A stretch of DNA of 64,000 nt, taken from Eukaryota sp. GEM-RC1 (taxonomy: Eukaryota). Within the stretch, counting starts at the first letter, position 1, and each line of letters starts with the position of its first letter. Location of the stretch: positions 2,232,001 to 2,296,000 of the forward strand of contig JAUFOQ010000016.1 in NCBI GenBank assembly GCA_040285855.1, in the 5' to 3' direction. This document shows positions 13,001 to 24,288 of the stretch, piece by piece. A program made the position numbers and the translations under genes. Under the pieces are notes generated by a model that ran no database searches, had not been told where the DNA came from, and saw nothing but the letters and a program-made list of their open reading frames with translations.

Positions 13001-16000
13001 TCAGTAATGAAATAGGAAACGCCAGCAAGGATTAAATCATGATTGTTTGTAATGGAAATAATATTCAAAACATCACTTTTCAAATAACATCGACCTATAC
13101 AATTAGTAAAAGCATCACCACTAAATTCAGAGTCAGAAATGTAAAGCCAATCAGCAGAAATATTTCCAGATCCCAGTCGTTTTGAATCAATCAAAGTTAG
13201 ATTATTGAAGAATATTTCAGAAGAATGTGACGTTAAAGTAGAACCATGTAAAACAAACACATCCAAAAACGTACTATCCGAAGAGTCTTTTAGATTCAAA
13301 TCAAGATGACAATTAGTAGCAGTGAAATTTAAAACAGTTAACGACAATGTATCTGTAAACCATACTGAACTTCCACCAGAAGAATTATGAACAAGGATTT
13401 CTGAGAAAGAGAAAGGTCCTCCAAGAAGATATAATTCACCATCAAGAAGAATAACTGATGGAATTTCAACTGGACCAAGATAATTCAAATAATTGAACTC
13501 AATTACACCAGAATCTACTTCAAAATAAGTTTCAAGCTTAAATTCAGTATCCGAGATGTTCAGAAATGCCGAATTAGAGACATAAACGATTGGTGTATCA
13601 AATATTGAATTTTCTACAAATTTAAATTCACCCTTGGAGTGATTAAAGTATTCAACTCCAATAAAACTTCCCTTAATAGTTACAACAGGGTCAGAGTGTA
13701 ACAATTCCAAATTATTAGGATGTAATAGAAAAGTTGAATCCTCATAAAAGACATAGGAACCACCAGAAAAGTTAGCGTGTCCAGATTCCAAAATTGATAA
13801 ATTACCAGTAAAATCATGAGAATTAGGAAGAATCAATTGACCATCAACAACAGAGAGAAAACCAGTTAGATCTAAATATTGTTTTACTTCAAGTGAAGCA
13901 TCATGATGAATTTCTGTAGTTCCAGAAATTTCAAAATTTGAGTATATATCCCCGTCCACCAAAATATCACTGGTAAGGTCAAACAAACCAGCAAATTCGA
14001 ACTTTGCCGAAGTCAGGCAAAAAACTGTTTGAGGAGAATTTGAAGAAACCAGTGAAAAGCCGGAAAAAAGTAAAACATGATTATTTGAAATGGAAACAAT
14101 ACTTGAGACAACATTATTTACAACACACCGGTCAATACAATTAGTAAAAGCATCACCACTAAATTCAGAGTCAGAAATGGAAAGCCAATCAGCTGAAATA
14201 TTTCCAGATCCCAGTCGTTTTGAATCAATCAAAGTTAGATTATTGAAGAATATTTCAGAAGAATGTGACGTTAAAGTAGAACCATGTAAAACAAACATAT
14301 CCAAAACTGTACTATCCGAAGAGTCTTTTAGACTTAAATCAAGATGACAATTAGTAGCAGTCAAATTTAAAACAGTTAACGACAATGTATCTGTAAACCA
14401 CACTGAACTTCCACCAGAAGAATTATGAACAAGAATTTCTGAAAAGAGAAGTGTCCCCCAATAAGATATAATTCACTATCGAGAAGAGTAACTGACGGAA
14501 TTTCAACTGGCGCAAGATAATACAAATAATTGAACTCAATTACTCCAGAATCGACTTCAAAAAGTTTCAAGTTTAAATTCAGTATCCGAGATGTTCAGAA
14601 ATGCCGAATTAGAGACATACACGATTGGTGTATCAAATATTGAATTTTCTACAAATTTAAATTCACCCTTGGAATGATTAAAGTATTCATCTCCAATAAA
14701 ACATCCCTTAATAGTTACAACAGGGTCAGAGTGTAACAATTCCAAATTATTAGGATGTAATAGAAAAGTTGAATCCTCGTAAAAGACGTAGGAATCACCA
14801 GAAAAGTTAGCGTGTCCAGAATCTAAAATTGATAAATTACCAATAAAATCCTGAGAATTAGGAAGAATCAATTGACCATCAACAACAGAGAGAAAACCTG
14901 TTAGATCTAGATAATTTTGGACTTCCAGTGACCCTCCATTGATAATTTCAGTAGTGCCAGAAATTTGAAAATTTGAAGTTGAATCGTCCGAAACCAGAAT
15001 AGAACCACTAATATCAAGATGACCAGAAATTTCTAGATTTGAAGACTCCAACTCAAAAATAAGTGTCGTAAAATCAGTAATGAAATAGGAAACGCCAGCA
15101 AGGATTAAATCATGATTGTTTGTAATGGAAATAATATTCAAAACATCACTTTTCAAATAACATCGACCTATACAATTAGTAAAAGCATCACCACTAAATT
15201 CAGAGTCAGAAATGGAAAGCCAATCAGCAGAAATATTTCCAGATCCCAGTCGTTTTGAATCAATCAAAGTTAGATTATTGAAGGATATTTCAGAAGAATG
15301 TGACGTTAAAGTAGAACCATGTAAAACAAACACATCCAAAAACGTACTATCCGAAGAGTCTTTTAGATTCAAATCAAGATGACAATTAGTAGCAGTGAAA
15401 TTTAAAACAGTTAACGACAATGTATCTGTAAACCATACTGAACTTCCACCAGAAGAATTATGAACAAGGATTTCTGAGAAAGAGAAAGGTCCTCCAAGAA
15501 GATATAATTCACCATCAAGAAGAATAACTGATGGAATTTCAACTGGACCAAGATAATTCAAATAATTGAACTCAATTACACCAGAATCTACTTCAAAATA
15601 AGTTTCAAGCTTAAATTCAGTATCCGAGATGTTCAGAAATGCCGAATTAGAGACATAAACGATTGGTGTATCAAATATTGAATTTTCTACAAATTTAAAT
15701 TCACCCTTGGAGTGATTAAAGTATTCAACTCCAATAAAACTTCCCTTAATAGTTACAACAGGGTCAGAGTGTAACAATTCCAAATTATTAGGATGTAATA
15801 GAAAAGTTGAATCCTCATAAAAGACATAGGAACCACCAGAAAAGTTAGCGTGTCCAGATTCCAAAATTGATAAATTACCAGTAAAATCATGAGAATTAGG
15901 AAGAATCAATTGACCATCAACAACAGAGAGAAAACCAGTTAGATCTAAATATTGTTTTACTTCAAGTGAAGCATCATGATGAATTTCTGTAGTTCCAGAA

Positions 16001-19000
16001 ATTTCAAAATTTGAGTATATATCCCCGTCCACCAAAATATCACTGGTAAGGTCAAACAAACCAGCAAATTCGAACTTTGCCGAAGTCAGGCAAAAAACTG
16101 TTTGAGGAGAATTTGAAGAAACCAGTGAAAAGCCGGAAAAAGTAAAACATGATTATTTGAAATGGAAACAATACTTGAGACAACATTATTTACAACACAC
16201 CGGTCAATACAATTAGTAAAAGCATCACCACTAAATTCAGAGTCAGAAATGGAAAGCCAATCAGCTGAAATATTTCCAGATCCCAGTCGTTTTGAATCAA
16301 TCAAAGTTAGATTATTGAAGAATATTTCAGAAGAATGTGACGTTAAAGTAGAACCATGTAAAACAAACATATCCAAAACTGTACTATCCGAAGAGTCTTT
16401 TAGACTTAAATCAAGATGACAATTAGTAGCAGTCAAATTTAAAACAGTTAACGACAATGTATCTGTAAACCACACTGAACTTCCACCAGAAGAATTATGA
16501 ACAAGAATTTCTGAAAAGAGAAGTGTCCCCCAATAAGATATAATTCACTATCGAGAAGAGTAACTGACGGAATTTCAACTGGCGCAAGATAATACAAATA
16601 ATTGAACTCAATTACTCCAGAATCTACTTCAAAAAAAGTTTCAAGTTTAAATTCAGTATCCGAGATGTTCAGAAATGCCGAATTAGAGACATACACGATT
16701 GGTGTATCAAATATTGAATTTTCTACAAATTTAAATTCACCCTTGGAATGATTAAAGTATTCATCTCCAATAAAACATCCCTTAATAGTTACAACAGGGT
16801 CAGAGTGTAACAATTCCAAATTATTAGGATGTAATAGAAAAGTTGAATGTTCATGAAAACGTAGGAATCACTAGAAACAATCAATTTTCCATTCTCTAAG
16901 ATCAATAAAAATCCGTCAATATTTTGTGAATGGAGAAGAATCAATTGTCCATCAGTAACAGAGAGAAAGCCAGTTAGATCTAAATATTGTTTTACTTCAA
17001 GTGAAGCATCATGATGAATTTCTGTAGTTCCAGAAATTTCAAAATTTGAGCATATATCCCCGTCCACCAGAATATCACTGGTAAGGTCAAACAAACCAGC
17101 AATTTCAAACTTTGCCGAAGTCAGGCAAAAAAACTGTTTGAGGAGAAATTGAAGAAATCAGTGAAAAGCCAGAAAAAATTAAAGCATGATTATTTGAAAT
17201 TGAAACAATACTTGAGACAACATTATTTACAACACACCGATCAACACAGTTAGTAACAGCATCACCACTAAATTCAGAGTCAGAAATGGAAAGCCAATCA
17301 GCTGAAATATTTCCAGATCCCAGTCGTTTTGAATCAATCAAAGTTAGATTATTGAAGAATATTTCAGAAGAATGTGACGTTAAAGTAGAACCATGTAAAA
17401 CAAACATATCCAAAACTGTACTATCCGAAGAGTCTTTTAGACTTAAATCAAGATGACAATTAGTAGCAGTCAAATTTAAAACAGTTAACGACAATGTATC
17501 TGTAAACCACACTGAACTTCCACCAGAAGAATTATGAACAAGAATTTCTGAAAAGAGAAGTGTCCCCCAATAAGATATAATTCACTATCGAGAAGAGTAA
17601 CTGACGGAATTTCAACTGGCGCAAGATAATACAAATAATTGAACTCAATTACTCCAGAATCGACTTCAAAAAAAGTTTCAAGTTTAAATTCAGTATCCGA
17701 GATGTTCAGAAATGCCGAATTAGAGACATACACGATTGGTGTATCAAATATTGAATTTTCTACAAATTTAAATTCACCCTTGGAATGATTAAAGTATTCA
17801 TCTCCAATAAAACATCCCTTAATAGTTACAACAGGGTCAGAGTGTAACAATTCCAAATTATTAGGATGTAATAGAAAAGTTGAATCCTCGTAAAAGACGT
17901 AGGAATCACCAGAAAAGTTAGCGTGTCCAGAATCTAAAATTGATAAATTACCAATAAAATCCTGAGAATTAGGAAGAATCAATTGACCATCAACAACAGA
18001 GAGAAAACCTGTTAGATCTAGATAATTTTGGACTTCCAGTGACCCTCCATTGATAATTTCAGTAGTGCCAGAAATTTGAAAATTTGAAGTTGAATCGTCC
18101 GAAACCAGAATAGAACCACTAATATCAAGATGACCAGAAATTTCTAGATTTGAAGACTCCAACTCAAAAATAAGTGTCGTAAAATCAGTAATGAAATAGG
18201 AAACGCCAGCAAGGATTAAATCATGATTGTTTGTAATGGAAATAATATTCAAAACATCACTTTTCAAATAACATCGACCTATACAATTAGTAAAAGCATC
18301 ACCACTAAATTCAGAGTCAGAAATGGAAAGCCAATCAGCAGAAATATTTCCAGATCCCAGTCGTTTTGAATCAATCAAAGTTAGATTATTGAAGGATATT
18401 TCAGAAGAATGTGACGTTAAAGTAGAACCATGTAAAACAAACACATCCAAAAACGTACTATCCGAAGAGTCTTTTAGATTCAAATCAAGATGACAATTAG
18501 TAGCAGTGAAATTTAAAACAGTTAACGACAATGTATCTGTAAACCATACTGAACTTCCACCAGAAGAATTATGAACAAGGATTTCTGAGAAAGAGAAAGG
18601 TCCTCCAAGAAGATATAATTCACCATCAAGAAGAATAACTGATGGAATTTCAACTGGACCAAGATAATTCAAATAATTGAACTCAATTACACCAGAATCT
18701 ACTTCAAAATAAGTTTCAAGCTTAAATTCAGTATCCGAGATGTTCAGAAATGCCGAATTAGAGACATAAACGATTGGTGTATCAAATATTGAATTTTCTA
18801 CAAATTTAAATTCACCCTTGGAGTGATTAAAGTATTCAACTCCAATAAAACTTCCCTTAATAGTTACAACAGGGTCAGAGTGTAACAATTCCAAATTATT
18901 AGGATGTAATAGAAAAGTTGAATCCTCATAAAAGACATAGGAACCACCAGAAAAGTTAGCGTGTCCAGATTCCAAAATTGATAAATTACCAGTAAAATCA

Positions 19001-22000
19001 TGAGAATTAGGAAGAATCAATTGACCATCAACAACAGAGAGAAAACCAGTTAGATCTAAATATTGTTTTACTTCAAGTGAAGCATCATGATGAATTTCTG
19101 TAGTTCCAGAAATTTCAAAATTTGAGTATATATCCCCGTCCACCAAAATATCACTGGTAAGGTCAAACAAACCAGCAAATTCGAACTTTGCCGAAGTCAG
19201 GCAAAAAACTGTTTGAGGAGAATTTGAAGAAACCAGTGAAAAGCCGGAAAAAAGTAAAACATGATTATTTGAAATGGAAACAATACTTGAGACAACATTA
19301 TTTACAACACACCGGTCAATACAATTAGTAAAAGCATCACCACTAAATTCAGAGTCAGAAATGGAAAGCCAATCAGCTGAAATATTTCCAGATCCCAGTC
19401 GTTTTGAATCAATCAAAGTTAGATTATTGAAGAATATTTCAGAAGAATGTGACGTTAAAGTAGAACCATGTAAAACAAACATATCCAAAACTGTACTATC
19501 CGAAGAGTCTTTTAGACTTAAATCAAGATGACAATTAGTAGCAGTCAAATTTAAAACAGTTAACGACAATGTATCTGTAAACCACACTGAACTTCCACCA
19601 GAAGAATTATGAACAAGAATTTCTGAAAAGAGAAGTGTCCCCCAATAAGATATAATTCACTATCGAGAAGAGTAACTGACGGAATTTCAACTGGCGCAAG
19701 ATAATACAAATAATTGAACTCAATTACTCCAGAATCTACTTCAAAAAAAGTTTCAAGTTTAAATTCAGTATCCGAGATGTTCAGAAATGCCGAATTAGAG
19801 ACATACACGATTGGTGTATCAAATATTGAATTTTCTACAAATTTAAATTCACCCTTGGAATGATTAAAGTATTCATCTCCAATAAAACATCCCTTAATAG
19901 TTACAACAGGGTCAGAGTGTAACAATTCCAAATTATTAGGATGTAATAGAAAAGTTGAATGTTCATGAAAAACGTAGGAATCACTAGAAACAATCAATTT
20001 TCCATTCTCTAAGATCAATAAAAATCCGTCAATATTTTGTGAATGGAGAAGAATCAATTGTCCATCAGTAACAGAGAGAAAGCCAGTTAGATCTAAATAT
20101 TGTTTTACTTCAAGTGAAGCATCATGATGAATTTCTGTAGTTCCAGAAATTTCAAAATTTGAGTATATATCCCCGTCCACCAGAATATCACTGGTAAGGT
20201 CAAACAAACCAGCAATTTCAAACTTTGCCGAAGTCAGGCAAAAAACTGTTTGAGGAGAAATTGAAGAAATCAGTGAAAAGCCAGAAAAAATTAAAGCATG
20301 ATTATTTGAAATTGAAACAATACTTGAGACAACATTATTTACAACACACCGATCAACACAGTTAGTAACAGCATCACCACTAAATTCAGAGTCAGAAATG
20401 TAAAGCCAATCAGCAGCAATATTTCCAGATCCTAGTCGTTTTGAATCAATCAAAGTCAAATTTTGACACCGAACATCTTCTTTAACAGTAGTGAAAACCG
20501 CATTAATCAGCTCAAAGAACTCTATATGTACATCCGGAGAGTCATGACTGAAAACAATTGCACCACTGTCTATACGAATAAACTTGCTCTTGAAAGTGAC
20601 AAATTGAAATCGAATATCAACATCGACACCGGGCGAGTTTATCACCCTGTCAACATCAAAACTGGTTCCAGCAAGAAAAAAAAGAATTGGAAGAGGTAAC
20701 AGTCAGAGAAGAAGCCTGGAAATTGTGAACTGAATTGAGAAGTAATTGACTAGGTTCTTGAAAAATGACGTGACCCATACCCTTAATGTCTGTGCTAAAT
20801 GGATTGATATCAGCAAGAATTTCAAGGAAACAGGAAGAATCCTTCATAACTAAGTTAAAAAATGGGAAATAAGTTTCATGAACGAGAGAAAAATTGGCAT
20901 TGCTTAGGGTTACTGTCAAGGATCCTAACCCCTCATATTGAACCCCATTAGAAAAGATCAAAGTACCATCATTAACATAAACGATACTATGTAGATTGAA
21001 TGAACTGAACAGAGAATTAAAAACACAACCGAAATGACAATTAAGAGTTGCACTTTTAGACAAAACAATTTGAGGACTGATTTCACAATTATAACAATCA
21101 AATGACTCCGATATGATCAATTTAACTGAACTTGGGATGGACAAAGAACCATCAACAATGAGTTCATCTATATTAATAAGAACAGACGCAACATTAAGAA
21201 CACTAGAATCAATAGTGAGTTTGTTAACTACTAAATTAGAAGTGTCAATTAAAGTCAGCTCTGAGTTGGTTAATGAAAGTTGAGTAAATTTAGTGAAAGG
21301 AAGCGCAGGAGTTAAATCAACGTTATCAAGAACTAAAGAACTGATAATATCACTAGAAACGTAAGAAGGATCTTCTATATCAAGGTCAGAATCAATCAGT
21401 TCAAAATTAAATGCTGTCATTTCTGATCCACTCTTAAACGTGACCTGCCCGTTAGTAACACGTATTGGACCAGTCATTTGATTTGAAGTTCCAGACTCGA
21501 ACAGAACATTACGTTGATCAACTTCTATTCTGCCACTCCCGGTCAACTGGGACACTTCGTCAGTGCTATCGTCATCTTGAGAAAGAACAGAAATCTCATC
21601 ATCAGTTAGAGCTCGAGTGTACATCCTAAACGTCCTCATTCGACCATGGAAGTTAGCACCAATAACAAATTGAGAATTCAAATTATCAGAAAAAGACTCA
21701 CCAAAAGAGGAACTAAGTCGATCTCCATTAAGAAAAAAAGAAACAACTCCATTGGATGACATTCTCATTGCCAAAATGTGCCATTGATTTAAGGACATTC
21801 GGGTTCTATGAAAAGCGGATCCATAGTAGAATTCAATCCTATTATAAATCTCATACCATTCACGAGAACTTTCAAAATAAACATTGGATCCACTAGAACG
21901 TAAACCAAACCATTGATTGCGATCCATGACGTAGATAGTGGTGATAATAGTTCCAGGAAAAACATGTTCTTTAGAGAATGTAATATCACTAACAGTTACT

Positions 22001-22897
22001 GTATCAGAAGAAGTTGGAAAAGATGCATAACCACCATCTGCACTGTACGTAGCAGTTGAGATCCCAGTGTGACCATTACCTGACAAATCCTCAACAATAG
22101 TAGTAAAAGGCTTTCTGAAATCATAATAAACAAAAAGGTCTCCAATAAGTTCATGTGATGTTGGAGGTGACATGACTATCAAGTCACCGCTTTGAATAGA
22201 AAGAGTACCATCCACAGTAAGAATTCCCCTGGAAGTTAGGGGTGAAGGACAAGGATAAATGAGATGAGGACTCGATAATGAACGTACCTCGATTTAAGAA
22301 AGGAAAGGCTAGAGAAAAGCTTGGAGATGAGACATAAAAGGACCCTAAATTAATAAACTCACAAGATTCAGGCTCATCAGCAGATATGACAATTGAAGAA
22401 GTTCCAGTTGTTGAAGCAGTGGTACTTGAAGCGATCCTAATAAGAGAGTTTGCCTGGAGATTGAGATTAACAGGGGATTGAAAAGTGAGAGAGGCAGAGG
22501 TGGTTACGGAACTGCCATGACTTAGAGTTTTAGAGGAGTCTTTAGAAATGATGAGATTGTCACAGGATAAAAGGTTATTGCTGTTGAGAGTTCCACCTGA
22601 CCAAGTACACTCGTCTGCTGTAAGAATGTCATAAAGATGAAGAGTTGCTGTAGGTGAATCGACCTCCAAAAGAAGAATTGAGACATCGATGCTGTATGAG
22701 ATAGTGAAATGCTCACCATTGAATGAAGGAATGACAAAGTTGGAGTACGGACTGAACTCTACAGGTTGAGATCCGGAAGAGCATTTCCAGTTTTGAGGTT
22801 CATGGAAGAAACCATCACTTGGATTTGCCCAAGTGTATACTTCAGAAGTGGCAAAGGCAGGAGCCAGAAAAACAAGAAGAACAAGTACAAAGAACAA
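4085..22897 (-). CDS. Giant (~6,200 aa) cell-surface multi-pass membrane protein, fragmented by 1-nt indels
   Basis: Chain of abutting minus-strand ORFs. In order: hydrophobic signal (FFVLVLLVFLAPAFA), W-x(13)-NW start motif (WANPSDGFFHEPQNW), LamG/ConA-like domain (YYDF...DLSGNGHTG...QWHILA...FLNG...FRMYTRALTDDEI, ~21600-22140), 10 x 346-aa repeats, IPT/TIG-like segments (GENFG, IIGQNLG), Cys-rich repeats (CELC...CRNCP...DCVCP) and about 6-7 TM helices at 4085-4800. No in-frame ATG is visible at the 5' end. Confidence 0.8.
9950..20460 (-). repeat. Coding tandem array: 10 full units plus one partial unit of ~1038 bp (346 aa)
   Basis: Anchor GTCGTTTTGAATCAATCAAAG at 10064, 11101, 12139, 13176, 14214, 15249, 16286, 17323, 18360, 19398 and 20435 (spacing 1035-1038). 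Confidence 0.97.
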
Positions 22898-24288
22898 AAT
22901 AGTAGTAAGATTGAAAGATCTCTTATAGGGAAGAATTGTGATCCCTTTTTCAAAGAAACTCCTGTTTTGTTTTGTATATTCCGCTTGATTCAGTCTAAAA
23001 TAGAAGTAACATGGTCAGGGGCTGTCAAAATTGAATTGGCAATTAATTGGTCATCAAAAGATGTACCAATCAATAATTGCAATAATTGTAATTAATTGAA
23101 GCCAATTGACCAATTTATATAAATATATTAGAAACTCAACAAAAACTACAAAATTTGAGGAAATGAGAATGTGAGTGATCACATTTTACAGAAAATGATT
23201 ATCAATCATGTTGTCTTCCACAGACCAGTGATTAACGCAAACATTGCGAAATGCAAGTACGTTCCAAAGATCCATGTTACACTTCAAGAATTTAAGCACT
23301 TGCATTTGTACGAGCTACTCTTCCGAGATGAGAATCATTACGCTCCGAGCAGTGGAAACAATCGTAAACAGAGATGTTTTCTGTCATCGCTTATTGTCCA
23401 ATTAGGGGATATAGAAGAAGTCAAAGGTGCCAAGTTTTGATGAAGAAGTTTGATGATTGTGATTGTAAAGAAAGGCTGATTTGTCATTCTTGATATTCTG
23501 TACAATATTTGTTGTGTTGTACAACAAAAACGAGTCTAGCAATGAACATTGCTGGCATGGATGCATGGTAGTCATCTAAATGCTAGCAATTTTTTAACCA
23601 GAGCTACCTAAACATTAAATATTGTAAATTTTGAACTCTACAAACGGTAATCAATTAAAGCAAATGCAGTAGATTCTTAACGACATTGAGTTACACAACT
23701 TAAAGATTTATTGGCTTCTAAATCAATTGTGCTGTGCAAGCCCAATGGTAGAATTCGATCACTTGATGGTCAATCTGTAATAGCAATTTTTGCTCAAAAA
23801 TGAAGGCTCTCCAATTTTGGTAATTGTTGCAATTAGCTATAAGTCAATGATGGCACAACGTCTGCTACTTTATGTACATACGTGCTGTTCAATGCAATTC
23901 CTTCCGATTTTCTACTGAATCTTGATTTTGAGATTGCTTTCAATTCAAGGCTTTGGTGAATTAAAACTGGGATTTCCTGAATTGATCACATTCTATGGTC
24001 ATTAGATTAATAAGTCTGATACTCCAATTGGTTTTGAAAATATGATAAACAGTGAAATTGTTTTGACCTTGACAATTCAACGCAAAAAATCAAAACAGAC
24101 ACAATACTAAAACTACATATCCAACCAACAGTTACCTGGTTCTTCTATTCTGACCTGCTTTCTTTAACACACAGTGTTCCAAACATTCCGCAGGTTGTGC
24201 TTCCTCAAAAGTATCAGCAGGTTTGATAGAAGCATTCTTGTCATATCAGTTTTCGACAACAATTTGCTTAAGATTAACCATCGTCAAG

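Noticed and set aside
14090..19531. Three identical 85-aa plus-strand ORFs (14090, 16162, 19274)
   Set aside because: Antisense shadows of the type-B repeat unit.
9950..20460. CRISPR array or non-coding satellite
   Set aside because: Units are ~1 kb, protein-coding and have no unique spacers. The context is eukaryotic.
23171..23440. 89-aa ORF divergent from the giant gene
   Set aside because: No recognisable motif or supporting gene structure.
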